In this document: positions 43,168-54,709 of the stretch, piece after piece | Layout: each line of letters starts with the position of its first letter | How positions within the stretch are numbered: the first letter of the stretch is position 1 | NCBI GenBank assembly: GCA_963788655.1 | Contig: CAWBHS010000110.1 | Location: 64,001 to 128,000, forward strand | Origin: an uncultured Verrucomicrobiae bacterium | GTDB taxonomy: Bacteria > Verrucomicrobiota > Verrucomicrobiia > Limisphaerales > JAFGQR01 | DNA length: 64,000 nt | Reading direction: 5' to 3' | Translations under genes and position numbers: made by a program | Notes under the pieces: model-generated | Databases searched by the model: none | What the model saw: only the letters and a program-made list of their open reading frames with translations | What the model was told of the DNA's origin: nothing

Positions 43168-44399
43168 ATGTCCCCCCTCTTCATCGTTGCCCGCAAAGAC
43201 GTGTTGCGCCATTTGAAGGATCCCATGGCGCTCATCTTCTGGGTGGCGATTCCGCTGGTGGTCGGGGTCTTGATGATTCAAGCTGTGGGCGGCAAGCAGG
43301 GGCCGGCGCCACAAGTCCACTTGTTGGTTGCCGACGAAGACGACAGCATGGGCAGCCGGTTTTTGTTGAGCGCACTGGGACAAAGTCGCGCCGCTGAGTT
43401 CATCCGGACGGAAAAGGTGGATCGCTCAACTGGCCGTCGGCACTTGGAAGACGGCGGAGGTAGCGCGCTCCTGGTCATCCCGAAAGGTTTTGCCGAAGCG
43501 GTCCTCCGGGAACAACCCACCCGCTTGACGCTGCTCACCAATCCCGCGCAACGGATCCTGCCGGGCATCGCCGAACAACTCCTGCGTTCGTTGGCCGAGG
43601 GCGTATTTTACCTGCACCGGCTGATCGGTCCGCAACTGCGCGAGATCGTGCAAGGTCCACCCAGCGACGGCGACATTGCGCGCGTCAGCATCACGATCAA
43701 CCAGACGATCCGCAGTCTGGGGCAATACCTCTTTCCGCCGGCGATCCAACTCGAATCGACCATCGTCAGCCAATCCGCTTCCAACCGTCGCACTTCGATT
43801 CCATTCGCCGCCGTGTTTTTCCCCGGAATCGTGCTGATGGCTCTGCTGTTTGCGGCCCAGGGATTGAGTACGGACATCTGGCGCGAGCGCGATGCCGGGT
43901 ACTGCGCCGCGTGTTCACGACGCCGATGGGCCTCGCGACTTTTCTGTCCGGCAAGCTCTTGGCGGCCACCGTCGTGCTGGCCGGCGTGTCCTTGCTATTG
44001 CTGGTCGTGGGAATGGAATACCTGTCACTGCCGCTGGTACGCCTGCCGCTGGCGTTGCTGTGGAGTCTGGGCTCGGGCTTGTTGCTGACCCTGCTGATGC
44101 TGGTGCTGCAATTGCACGCCTCCAGTCGCCGGGCGGCCTGGTTTCTGACTTTCAGCCTGGTCTTCCCGCTGTTCCTGGTCGGGGGCAGCATGTTTCCTTC
44201 GGAAGTCATGCCGGGTTGGATGACGACCATCGGGCGCTGGACGCCGAACGGTTGGGCCACGGAACAACTCAAAGCGCTGTTGCTGGGGCGGTCAGGACCG
44301 TTACCGTGGGTCACTGCGAGTGGGGTGCTGCTGGCTTTGGGCGGCGCTTTGTTTGCCTGGAACGTCCTTCGCCTGGTTCGGGTATTTGCCAGGAGGTAG
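43168..44399 (+). CDS. ABC-2 permease, frameshift near 43900
   Basis: ORFs 43168-44088 and 43911-44399 join into a typical ABC-2 permease (GGSMFP...TPNGWA). Confidence 0.85.
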
Positions 44400-44401
44400 C
44401 C

Positions 44402-45541
44402 ATGCTGCGTCACGTGGGATTCATCGCACGCAAAGAAGTTCAATACCTGCTCCGCATGCGGGAAACGTTGTTGTGGTTGCTCGTCATGCCGCCGGTATTC
44501 ATGTTTTTCATCGGCACGGTTACGCAGAATTTCGGAGTCAGCGGTCCAGCGCAGGAACACCTGGCAATAGTGATGCCGAAGAATGGCGGTTTCCTGGTGG
44601 ATGAATTGGCGCGTCGGCTTCAAGAAAATGGTTACCAAGTGGACCATCCCGCCACGGCGGAAGCGTTCGCCCGTTACCAGCGACAACTGCGGGTGCCCGA
44701 TGATTTCACCGATCAAGTTCTCGCGGGCAAACCAACCATCGTGCATTTCACCCAACGCGCCGACGGCCTCGTGCGGCAATTGGATCAAGCCCGCGTGGCC
44801 CGCGCCACCTACACGGTATTGGCGGACCTGATGGCCTGCCTGCACGCGGGAGATACGACCGGTCCGGAAGCGTTCGAGCGGCTCCGGCAAATGCCGCGGT
44901 CCGTCACTGTGGACGTACGTCCGGTGGGCCGGCGAAAACAGATTCCGTCCGGCTTCGAACAGTCGGTGCCGGGGATTCTCGTCATGTTCACCTTGATTGT
45001 CATGCTGACCAGCGGGGCGGTGGCGCTCATTGCGGAACGGGACCAGGGCTTGTTGAAACGGATGGCTTCGACCCCAATGTCACGCGGGGAAGTGTTCGCC
45101 GGTAAATGGTTGGGCCGATTGACGATTGGCCTTGTCCAAATTGTATTCGCCATGATCGCGGCCAAAATTCTGTTTCGGATGAACTGGGGACCGAATTGGC
45201 CAATGGTCCTGGTGGTCCTGTTGGCGTGGGCGGCAGTGTGTGCTTCCATCGGTATGGGGCTCGGCACGCTGGCCCGGACCGACGGCCAGGCCATCGGCTT
45301 GGGCGTGCTGGCCAGCAATGTCCTGGCGGCGCTGGGGGGCTGTTGGTGGCCGGTCGAGATTACCCCACCCTGGATGCAGACCGTCGCCAACGCGCTGCCA
45401 ACCGGTTGGGCCATGAACGCGCTCCATCAATTGATCAGCTTTCAAGCCGGACCGACGACAGTTTGGCCCAACCTTGCCGCGCTTTTAGCCCTCGCGCTGG
45501 TCACCGGATTTTTCGGCGTGCGCCGCTTTCGATTCGAATAG
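44402..45541 (+). CDS. ABC-2 permease
   Basis: QSVPGILVMF, ERDQGLLKRMASTP and LGGCWWPVEITP. Confidence 0.9.
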   Translation: MLRHVGFIARKEVQYLLRMRETLLWLLVMPPVFMFFIGTVTQNFGVSGPAQEHLAIVMPKNGGFLVDELARRLQENGYQVDHPATAEAFARYQRQLRVPDDFTDQVLAGKPTIVHFTQRADGLVRQLDQARVARATYTVLADLMACLHAGDTTGPEAFERLRQMPRSVTVDVRPVGRRKQIPSGFEQSVPGILVMFTLIVMLTSGAVALIAERDQGLLKRMASTPMSRGEVFAGKWLGRLTIGLVQIVFAMIAAKILFRMNWGPNWPMVLVVLLAWAAVCASIGMGLGTLARTDGQAIGLGVLASNVLAALGGCWWPVEITPPWMQTVANALPTGWAMNALHQLISFQAGPTTVWPNLAALLALALVTGFFGVRRFRFE

Positions 45542-45629
45542 CACGGCCACCGGGTCATGCTCCGGATGTGACTGGTAATGGTGACTTCTGGCACATCACA
45601 TGGCCCGGACGAACCGTTAGCGTTTTCCC

Positions 45630-46160
45630 ATGAAGAAGAAAGGCAAAATCAAGAAGTTCCTTTTGTTGGGCACCGGGGGAGTGGCGCTGGTCGCGCTCGC
45701 CGTCGTTGTTTGGGTCTGGCGCACTTACCATTATACGCCGGTGGAGGTGGTGCAGGATGTGCGGGCCGCCATCGCGGTGCGCAACGAACCGAACTCGGTG
45801 AAGCGGTTTATGGAAGTTCGGTACGGCCCAATGACGGAACCCGCCAATCGGCAGAAGGCCTTTGTGGACTTTTTCAACGTTCCCCATATCGAGGGGCTGC
45901 ACCTGCTGGTCCAACGCATGCCGGCATCACGGCGTGCGTCCTCCATCAACGGGATGGCCCAGTGGGTGGCGAACTATCGGAGCACCATGACGCCGGAGGA
46001 AAAAGCCTCGTTGCGTGCTTACTTCAATACCGACACCGGCCGCACGACGTTGCAGCAGGCCACCGCCAAATACCTTAGTCACGATGCGTACTACCGCGCC
46101 GCCACCGCGCCCGTTATCACCGAACTGATGATCACGATGGCCGAAATTCAGAAGCCATGA
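45630..46160 (+). CDS. Hypothetical membrane-anchored protein
   Basis: Basic N-terminus, one TM helix, helical soluble domain; ATGA-coupled to the next gene. Confidence 0.7.
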   Translation: MKKKGKIKKFLLLGTGGVALVALAVVVWVWRTYHYTPVEVVQDVRAAIAVRNEPNSVKRFMEVRYGPMTEPANRQKAFVDFFNVPHIEGLHLLVQRMPASRRASSINGMAQWVANYRSTMTPEEKASLRAYFNTDTGRTTLQQATAKYLSHDAYYRAATAPVITELMITMAEIQKP

Positions 46161-47044
46161 AACCACTAATTTCCAATTTGAAAGTCAGCAATCGTCGGCA
46201 AGACCGGAGGTTTGGATCGATGAACAACTTAGAGCCAAAGCTGGGTTGCGGGCACGGGAGCGAATCGCTGCACGATCAGACTGCGGCCACCACCTTCCCC
46301 CTCACCCCAGCCCTCTCCCTTGGGGAGAGGGAGCACGTTCGGCGCCCACCGGGGACAGCGGGCGCTCGCCCATGTTTCGTTGCTGAGAGGGGCATTCCAG
46401 AGCGGGCGGTGAGGTTCGCGGCGCATCCGAAAACCAAGCCAGGATCGACAGCTTTTCCCTCTCCTTGGGGAGAGGGTCAGGGTGAGGGGAATCGGCGGCG
46501 CCACCGGTCCAATCCACCTGCATTTACCTTGATCGAGTTGCTGGTGGTCATAGCGATCATTGCCATCCTGGCGGGACTGCTCCTGCCGGTGTTGGGCCGC
46601 AGCAAGCGCGCGGCGCAGTCGGTGGCCTGCCTGAGCAACTTGCGCCAGATCGGCGTGGCGTTGGAACTTTATCTCCAGGACAACAACTATCGCCTGCCGA
46701 TTTGCGCGCAGTTCCCCAGCGCGGACACCAGCCTGGCGCCCATTACGACCACCCTTCATCCTTATCTTCAGTCGAAGGACATCTGGCGCTGCCTCGCTGA
46801 CCATGATTTTTTCAACCAGGAGCAGACCAGCTACGAGTGGAACCAGTTCCTGAACGGTGCCTCGTACGACCGTCCGCAAGATTGGTCGAAGGTAACCAAG
46901 TCGCTTGTAGAAGAATTTTTCGGTGGCCGCCTCAATACGCCGCTCATCGGCGATGCGAATCCATATCACGGTGCGGAAGGAATCTGGATGGGGAAGAACG
47001 CATTGTATTTTGACGGACGCGTGGAGCGGACCCGCAAGCAGTAG
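46157..47044 (+). CDS. Prepilin-type N-terminal cleavage/methylation protein (H-X9-DG class)
   Basis: [24 protein letters not shown]...CLSNLRQIG and C-terminal H...[10 protein letters not shown]; unusually long leader. Confidence 0.85.
   Translation: MKPLISNLKVSNRRQDRRFGSMNNLEPKLGCGHGSESLHDQTAATTFPLTPALSLGEREHVRRPPGTAGARPCFVAERGIPERAVRFAAHPKTKPGSTAFPSPWGEGQGEGNRRRHRSNPPAFTLIELLVVIAIIAILAGLLLPVLGRSKRAAQSVACLSNLRQIGVALELYLQDNNYRLPICAQFPSADTSLAPITTTLHPYLQSKDIWRCLADHDFFNQEQTSYEWNQFLNGASYDRPQDWSKVTKSLVEEFFGGRLNTPLIGDANPYHGAEGIWMGKNALYFDGRVERTRKQ
46295..46491. repeat. Palindromic element (CCCCTCACCC..CCCTCTCCC..GGGAGAGGG type) inside the prepilin ORF
   Basis: Inverted arms at 46295-46332 and 46456-46491. 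Confidence 0.8.
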
Positions 47045-47076
47045 CTGGCGCTTCTCAGGGGGAACAACGACAAGTT

Positions 47077-47146
47077 GTAGCCGACGATGTGAGGAGGCGG
47101 AATACGGGAAGAGGCTCCAGGTCCGTCTCCTCACGTCCGCTCCTGC
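47077..47146. repeat. Degenerate GTAG-REP doublet related to the interior of the 16373-16504 element
   Basis: GTAGCCGACGATGTGAGGAGGCGG ... CCGTCTCCTCACGTCCGCTCCTGC. Confidence 0.6.
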
Positions 47147-47151
47147 GCGTT

Positions 47152-49785
47152 CTATTTGCTGGCACCGAGGGCAATCACTCTGGTGCCGTAAGGGGCTGGC
47201 AGCGTAGCGGTGAAGGTCGGTTTTGAGGCGGTAATCATCGGGACTTCATCACCCGTCTCCGCATCGTGGGCGCTTCCCGCCAGGGTGAAGCCAAGCCGGG
47301 CGGGATCAATGGTCACGTGAACGTTCGTCCCAGTCTTGTGCCAGCTTTGCAGCACGAGCAAGAGGGCCTGGTCTTCCCGGCGAGCGAGCAACAGCCATTT
47401 GGTGTCCGGATCATCGACATGGACTGGCGGTTGGTCAGACCAGTAATTGAAAACCTCGCATTGGGGAGTGCCGTAACCGAAGTCGTGTTTCAATTTCTCC
47501 AATTGCTTGAAGTTCTCGAAGGTGGCGAAGGGGTGCAATGGAAAAATCTCATGAACGGTGCGCATGCCCCATTCGCAACGAGCCAACTGCGGCGACAAGG
47601 CGCGGCTATCCCGGCCGATGCCCGTCACCCCGGCCAGGGCGTGCGGCAGACTGCCGGTCTGCCGTCCGGCGGTTTCGGCCAGCAGTAATTGATGCGGGAA
47701 CGGGGTGATCCGCACACCGTCCGCGGTTCGGACGGGATCGACGTGATACCATTCCCACTCGATGTCGAGCGTCGCGTCGCACCAGGTATTCCACGGCAGC
47801 AGGCGCGTATTCGTGATGTGCTGCGTATAGGCCAGCGGGAAGCGCGGAACGCCCTGGCGAACCAATTCCATCATCAGCGTCCAAATCCGCTTGTAATATT
47901 CCCGCTGTTCCCAGATGGGGCAGGCCGGTTGCACCTTGCCCCGGTCGTCAAGATACGCCGCGGACATCATCGGATCGTAAGCCGTGTAAGGCATGGTATT
48001 GTCGAAATAGAGTCCCACGCCGCGCTTCATCCATTCGTTGGCGTAGTGAAGACAAAAGTCACGATAGCTTGCCGGGAAGTTCTGGTGCCCGTGCCCATAA
48101 TTGTTCATCGGTTGCATCGCCCCGACGATTTCATCGCGCTGACGCCACGGCCACTGGGCACGCCATTCGTCCTGGTAAACTTCCCATTCTTCCGTGCTCA
48201 CATCGCTGGCGTGTTCTTCGAAATATGTCTCGGCGGCACAATTCAGAAACCGCTTTTCGAGCGTGAACGGATGCGGTTTTCCCTCCGCCTGAGACGGAGC
48301 AAAAGCGCACTGAGCCTGGTTCACAAAATACCGAAAGTTGCCATCAAACCACGGATTGTCCGCCTTACCCCAAGGATGTTTCCAGGGCTCGGCGCGTTGC
48401 CGGTCAAACTGCTCGAAGACAGTTAGATCGAGTTTGCCCGTCGCCCGCACTTGTTGAATGGCATCGACGATCTCGAAATTGTGGCCGTCCGGATATTTGT
48501 CCGCGCAGATATATCCACCCCAGCAAACGACCGGACCCGAATGCGGCGGCACACCTTGCTGATTGCGCCAGTCGCGGGGCATGGGCCGAGTGGGACTTGC
48601 CTGCAATCCAAATACCAAGCGGTGCGGCGTTTTCAGCAACGAAGGCCGGTTGACGAAATCGATCCGCAGCACCAATTGCTCGCCGCGGCGTTTGAGCGTC
48701 TGAACAATGCCTTTCGGATCCACCCGGTAGCCCCGGTCATTTTCGCCGAAGAAAGCCAGGCCGCGTTCGGCGCCGCCCAGCCAGAGGTACGGGACGAAAT
48801 CGGTAGCGATAACGTGCGACCAGGGGCGGATGTCCCGGCAGGTCCACAGCACACCGTCATCGCTGCCCGGCTCCGCATGCCACAGTGGCGGCAACCACTC
48901 TTCGGGCTTCGAGCCCCAGATGATTTTTCCGCCACGCGGAGTTTGGCCGGCGTAATTGCGTCGCATGCACTCGAAGGCGCAATAATGGAACAAGGGAGCC
49001 TCCCGATCTTTCAGCGGTATCTCCAGCGACAGGCGCTGAATCTCGGTGGCGCGGCGGCCTGGCAACAACTCAATTTCCACCTTCATGCAACCGTCCACCT
49101 CGATGGTCGAAGTCGTCCGCACGCGAACCGGGGCCGATTCGGCTTCCGCTTGATACACCACCGCATCGGCTGCTTGGGAAGTCCATTTTCCCGGACTGAA
49201 CTGCCAGCGCTCCTCACCATTCGCAGTCAGGAGACGCAGGGCAATCGGCGCCGCCAGGATTTCCTTTCCCTTGCTGATGACACTGTCCCACAGCCCAAAA
49301 CCGTTCATCGTGTATTGGCGCAAGACAACGCGGGCTTCGTTTCCGGAAACCGCGATGGGCTCGAACGGCGGGTAAATTTTGTGACTAATCCCGAGCGTGT
49401 TGCCCAGCCAGGGATAGTTCTTGTGCTGGAAGCGTTTGACCATGAATGGCCCGTTTTCACCCAGAGCAATGCGTACATCGTACCCTCCGTCGGACAAGGA
49501 GGGGAGGTCGAGCACGAGTTGGCGGCTCTCGCCGTGAAGAAGAAGCCGGCCTTCCGCCAGCACGCGTTCATCATCCGCTCGGCGCACTTGGACCGTGGCT
49601 GGTGCGGTCGCGTCGTCCGTTAGCGCCTCCGCGGCACGCACCACCAATTTCTGCAACGACGGGTAATAGGAAATGGCCGCCGCCTTTTCCAGCGTAACTT
49701 TCGGTTTGAAGGGTTCCGCCGCATCCGGTGACCGAGCCATCAGCAATACCGCGGTGACCGCAACGAGAAACGGGCTGGTCTTCAT
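47152..49785 (-). CDS. Large secreted glycoside-hydrolase-like protein (DUF6067-like)
   Basis: Signal peptide from ATG 49785; PYLWLGGAERGLAFFGE, FGLQASP and GLYFDN motifs; family assignment tentative. Confidence 0.6.
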   Translation of the reverse strand: MKTSPFLVAVTAVLLMARSPDAAEPFKPKVTLEKAAAISYYPSLQKLVVRAAEALTDDATAPATVQVRRADDERVLAEGRLLLHGESRQLVLDLPSLSDGGYDVRIALGENGPFMVKRFQHKNYPWLGNTLGISHKIYPPFEPIAVSGNEARVVLRQYTMNGFGLWDSVISKGKEILAAPIALRLLTANGEERWQFSPGKWTSQAADAVVYQAEAESAPVRVRTTSTIEVDGCMKVEIELLPGRRATEIQRLSLEIPLKDREAPLFHYCAFECMRRNYAGQTPRGGKIIWGSKPEEWLPPLWHAEPGSDDGVLWTCRDIRPWSHVIATDFVPYLWLGGAERGLAFFGENDRGYRVDPKGIVQTLKRRGEQLVLRIDFVNRPSLLKTPHRLVFGLQASPTRPMPRDWRNQQGVPPHSGPVVCWGGYICADKYPDGHNFEIVDAIQQVRATGKLDLTVFEQFDRQRAEPWKHPWGKADNPWFDGNFRYFVNQAQCAFAPSQAEGKPHPFTLEKRFLNCAAETYFEEHASDVSTEEWEVYQDEWRAQWPWRQRDEIVGAMQPMNNYGHGHQNFPASYRDFCLHYANEWMKRGVGLYFDNTMPYTAYDPMMSAAYLDDRGKVQPACPIWEQREYYKRIWTLMMELVRQGVPRFPLAYTQHITNTRLLPWNTWCDATLDIEWEWYHVDPVRTADGVRITPFPHQLLLAETAGRQTGSLPHALAGVTGIGRDSRALSPQLARCEWGMRTVHEIFPLHPFATFENFKQLEKLKHDFGYGTPQCEVFNYWSDQPPVHVDDPDTKWLLLARREDQALLLVLQSWHKTGTNVHVTIDPARLGFTLAGSAHDAETGDEVPMITASKPTFTATLPAPYGTRVIALGASK

Positions 49786-49929
49786 GCCGAAATAAAGTAG
49801 CTGACGCGCGGACCGGGCAACAGGCCAATATTTGACAGCGAATGCAGCAGACGCAGTGCAGGCTCGAAAGTATTTGGGAAGGAGATATTTGAATTGCACT
49901 GGGAGAACTTAGTCGTGTTTATGCAGTTA

Positions 49930-49978
49930 CTCCCCAGACCGTGGGATAGAACTGTATTCTATCCCACGGTCTGGGGAG
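49930..49978. repeat. Perfect 22-bp inverted repeat with a 5-nt loop
   Basis: CTCCCCAGACCGTGGGATAGAA-CTGTA-TTCTATCCCACGGTCTGGGGAG. Confidence 0.95.
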
Positions 49979-49986
49979 CAAGTGGG

Positions 49987-50128
49987 GGGAGCGCGCCCGC
50001 CTCGGGCGCTGCCAACCGGCGCCCTCGCCGGTTGGCCTCGCGAGCCGTCACTGAATCGTGAATGCGTTGGGATGATCGGGAGTGGTTGGCGAGGCGCCAA
50101 CCACAGCGCCCGGGGCGGGCGCGCTCCC
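49987..50128. repeat. GGAG-type REP-like doublet
   Basis: GGGAGCGCGCCCGCCTCGGGCGCTG ... CAGCGCCCGGGGCGGGCGCGCTCCC. Confidence 0.75.
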
Positions 50129-50654
50129 CTTTTGAACTGAATCGTTACGGTGCAGCAGCCAGCGGCGCGCGCCCGATAAGGGGCGTGCCATTGCGTTCAC
50201 ATCCTGCCCAAGCGGCCGCGGGACAAGTAGGCTCAGTCTTGGGTGGCAATCCTGACGAGCCCTCGGCCCATACGCCGGACGAGAGTCTTCTACCAGGTCG
50301 CCACCGCGCCCGCACAGTAGCTGCACTTTGATTCATTCCCGGTTCCAGCCCGTGGTTGCCGGCAGCCTGCAAGTTGGCGACTTCTACTTGCAGCAAGGAC
50401 GACGGGCACAACCACTAAAACTTCCCCGCTCAAAAAAAATAGAAAATCTTCAAAGAGTACTTGCGCCCCGGCGGGGAGTAGGTTAAACAGGTCTGTCTTA
50501 CAAGGGTAGTGAAACTAATCCTACCTGGGTGCTGTAAGGGTCGCTTCATGGCGGACCAACGATTTACACAAGCATTGTGGCGAATAAATTTTATTCTATT
50601 CCACGAGCCGGCGCATTAATTTGCGCCCGTAAGTTTTTACCGCGGTTACACTGA

Positions 50655-51305
50655 ATGGCGGCAATTTTTCCAAAGTGGACAAACCGGGTGCCCGCAATGG
50701 TGATGGCGGGCGCTTTGTTGATGAGCGGCGGGGTGACGGCAGGCGTGTGGTACTATTTTACGCCCAAGTACACCCGGGTCGGTTATCAACCCATCCAGCC
50801 GGTTGCCTTTTCCCACGCGATTCATGTGGACCAGGTGGGCCTGGACTGCCGGTATTGCCACACGGACGTGGAACGGTCCTGGTATTCGAATGTGCCCTCG
50901 ACGTCCACCTGCATGAATTGCCACAAGCACATTCTCAAGGACGATCCCCGGCTGGCGCCCGTGCGCGAAAGTTATGATATGGAGCAGCCCATTCGCTGGG
51001 TGCAGATTCACAAGTTGCCGGACTACGTGTATTTCAACCACTCGGTCCACGTGAACCGTGGCATTAGTTGCGTGATGTGTCATGGCCCGATTAACAAGAT
51101 GGACGTGGTCTATCACGCCAAGCCATTCAGCATGACGTTTTGCCTGGACTGCCATCGCAATCCGGGTCCCAACCTCCGGCCCAAGGATCAAATTACCAAC
51201 CTGGATTGGGATCCGCACCAACACCTGCCGAAGGAGTGGTTTGCCCGCGCCAAGAAGGAGTGGAAAATCAACGCTTCGCAAAACTGTTCCGCCTGCCATC
51301 GATGA
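50655..51305 (+). CDS. actA: Alternative complex III pentaheme cytochrome c
   Basis: One TM helix, QPVAFSH and five CxxCH motifs (CRYCH, CMNCH, CVMCH, CLDCH, CSACH). Confidence 0.93.
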   Translation: MAAIFPKWTNRVPAMVMAGALLMSGGVTAGVWYYFTPKYTRVGYQPIQPVAFSHAIHVDQVGLDCRYCHTDVERSWYSNVPSTSTCMNCHKHILKDDPRLAPVRESYDMEQPIRWVQIHKLPDYVYFNHSVHVNRGISCVMCHGPINKMDVVYHAKPFSMTFCLDCHRNPGPNLRPKDQITNLDWDPHQHLPKEWFARAKKEWKINASQNCSACHR

Positions 51306-54300
51306 AACGGATTCCACCCCCTTGCCCTGAACCGGAAAGCGGCCCGACCTACTGGCGCAGCCTGGATCATTTGGCGGACACGCCCGAGTTTCGTCAGTGG
51401 GTCGAACGGGAGTTTCCCGATGGCGCCAGTGAATTTCGTGACCCGGTTTCACGCCGGCATTTCCTCAAGATCATGTCCGCCTCGTTCATGCTGGCGGGAC
51501 TGGGACTAGCTGGCACCGGTTGCCGGCGTCCGGAGGAACACATTCTCCCGTTTACCCGGCAGCCGGAGGGCTACATCCATGGGATGCCGGAGTTTTATGC
51601 CACGGCGATGCCGACTCGTCGTAGTGCGGTGCCGCTGGTCGTCAAAGCGCACGAATCGCGTCCGGTGAAAATCGAAGGCAACGCCGAACATCCCGATAGC
51701 AATGGCGGGACAGATACGTTTTCGCAGGCCTCGTTGCTGAGCCTTTACGATCCGGATCGCGCGATGCGGTTCACGTACCAGGGCACAACGACCGAACGGG
51801 CGCGAGTGATGGATTTCCTGGATTCATCGGCCCGGAAATTCACAACCAACGGCGGAGAAGGACTGTGCTTCCTGCTGGAGCAAAGCAGCTCACCTTCGCG
51901 GGAACGATTGCTGGCGGCGATCAGCAAGAAATTTCCCCAAGCCCAATGGTTCGTTTATGAACCGGTGAACTTGGACGTCGGGAACAGCGTGGCCAGCGCA
52001 TTGGCCGGTCAACCGGTTAGATCGCGCCACCATCTGGACCGGGCCAAGGTGATTCTTTCGCTCGACTGCGATTTTATTGGGGCCGAGCAGGACGCGCATC
52101 GGTTCATTCGCGACTTCGCGCGTGGACGGAAGCTTACCGGTCCCGGCGATACGATGAACCGCCTTTATGCGGTGGAAGGCTTGCTGACTCAGACCGGCAT
52201 GAACGCCGATCATCGTCTGCGCGTGCCGACAAGTACCGTCGTGGCCATCGCCGCTGCCATCGCCGCTGAATTGGTGACGGGGAATGCGGCAATCAAGGCG
52301 TTGGCGCAAAAGCATCCTTTGCCCGCCGAAGTGGACCGGGCGTGGGTGACCGAATGCGCGGCGGACCTCAAGGCGAACCGCGGCTCGTCATTGATCCTGG
52401 CCGGGTATCGCCAACCGCCGGCCGTTCACGCGCTGGCGCACTGGCTGAACCAGATGTTGGGCAACAGCGGCAAGACCGTCGAGTTCGTGCCGGATTTGCC
52501 GACGCCGGGGAGCATCGAGCAATTGGCCCAATTGCTCGACAACGGCAAGGTGGACACGCTGGTGATCCTGGGCGGCAATCCCGTCTATAACGCACCCGCC
52601 AATCTCAATTGGGCTTCGGCGCAAGCCAAAGCCAAAAGCGCCGTGGTGCGACTGGGTTATTTCGAGGACGAAACCTTTGCGGCCAGCACCTGGCATTTGC
52701 CGATGGCGCACTATCTCGAGTCCTGGGGCGATGCCCGCACCGGCGATGGTACGCTCGTGCCGGTGCAACCGTTGATCTTCCCGCTGTTCGGCGGCTTGAC
52801 TGAACTGGAAGTCCTGGCCCGGATCGGCGGACTGCAAAGTTACCGGCCCTATCAAACGGTTCGCGACACGTTCAAAGAACTGGAAGGCGCCGACAATTTT
52901 GAAGAGAATTGGAAGAAGTTTTTGCACGACGGTTTCCTGGCCAACTCGGCGGTCAAACCAGTTTCGGTGCAATTTGCGCCGGCGCGGTTGGCAACATTGA
53001 TCAATAACGCCACGGCCACGCCGGCTCCGGACAAGGATCGGGTGGAAGTGGTATTCCAACGCGATTACAAGGTGGATGACGGCCGGTGGAGCAACAACGG
53101 CTGGCTCCAGGAAATGCCTGATCCAGTGACCAAAATGACCTGGGACAGCGCCGTGTTGATGAGCCGCAAAACCGCCGAGGCTTTTGGGGTGCAGGCCGCC
53201 CCCACCTCGGGACCGCACCACGGCCGGGCGGAGATGGTGGAAATCGAATTGGACGGGCGCAAGGTCAAGGGGCCGGTTTGGATTCAGCCCGGCATGGCGG
53301 ACTTCGTGGTGGGATTGGCGCTCGGTTACGGCCGGAAGAAGACCGAGCGAGGCGGCACGGGGCGCGTCGGTCATAACGTGGGCGCTTACAATGCCTACGC
53401 CTTGCGCACCAGCGGGGCGATGCACTTCACCGTGGGCGCCAAGTTGCGTCAAGCGGTGGAGACCTATCAGGTAGCCTGCACGCAGGAACACGGCGCGATG
53501 GAAGGACGACCCATCATTCGTGAAGCCAACGCGCAGCAGTACGCCGAAACGCCGCAGTTCGCGAAGAACATGGATCCGATGGCCCACACGCCCTTCATTC
53601 CCAAGGACGCCGAGGGCCGGCCCATCAAGATTTACGAGCACCCGTATCATGCCTACGATGACCGCAAGTCGCAGGACGGGGTTGATCTTTCCGGAAAACT
53701 GTTCCACAGCGACGTGCATCAATGGGGGATGTCCATTGACCTGAATTCCTGCGTCGGATGTACGGCGTGCGTGATGGCCTGCCAGAGCGAAAACAACATC
53801 CCAATCGTGGGCAAGGACCAGGTGTGGCGCAGCCGCGAGATGCACTGGATCCGGATCGACCGCTACTACAGCGGCGACCGGGAAAAGTCGCACGCGGAGA
53901 TGATCGACGATCCGCAAGTCGTCGTGCAACCGATGATGTGCCAGCACTGCGAAGCCGCGCCGTGCGAAAACGTCTGTCCGGTCAACGCCACCGTCCACGA
54001 TGAAGAAGGCTTGAACGTGATGGTCTACAACCGTTGCGTCGGCACGCGTTATTGCTCGAACAACTGTCCCTACAAGGTCCGCCGCTTCAATTTCTTCGAT
54101 TACAACAGCCGCACCGTTCGAGCAGTTGCGGGGACCGTTTTATCCGACGCCGTTGACCAGCGTTACGGACGGCGAATGGGACCTTGAAACGTTGGTGGAA
54201 GAATCCGCAGCGCGGCACGCCAACCGGAAGACGAATGGGAGTTGCATCAAATGGTGAAGAATCCGGATGTCACGGTGCGCATGCGCGGCGTGATGGAGAA

Positions 54301-54709
54301 ATGCACGTTCTGCGTCCAGCGCATCGAGCACGCGAAGATCGCGCAGAAGGTCAAGGCCGGGCGAGTCCGGCGATGTGCAGGTGCCCGAAGGGACGATTCA
54401 AGACGGCCTGCCAGCAGGCCTGTCCCGCGGACGCGATTGTGTTCGGCAACTTGCTGGACCCGAACAGCCAGGTGTCACTGCTCAAGGCAACGGGACCGGG
54501 ATTACTCCGTGCTGGCGTATCTTGCTCACGCGGCCGCGCCTGACTTATCTGGCGCGGGTGCGCAATCCGAATCCGCGCGATGCCGGATTACCATGAGATT
54601 CCGTTGAACATCGCAGCTTACGTCGAGGAATGAGCCCGAGAATCCATTCGCGCCGCATGCCGGGGAGGCCGGCGCTGAGGCGCACTCGCCAGAGAAGGGA
54701 GAGCACTAA
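51302..54709 (+). CDS. actB: ACIII molybdopterin-oxidoreductase-like / Fe-S fusion subunit, frameshifts after about 54110
   Basis: YWRSL, Tat/lipobox SRRHFLK...GCRRP, and Fe-S motifs [37 protein letters not shown] and EKCTFC. Confidence 0.92.

Noticed and set aside
50505..50525. Rex-like operator upstream of actA (TAGTGAAACTAATCCTAC)
   Set aside because: Only the left half resembles TTGTGAA-N4-TTCACAA; too weak.
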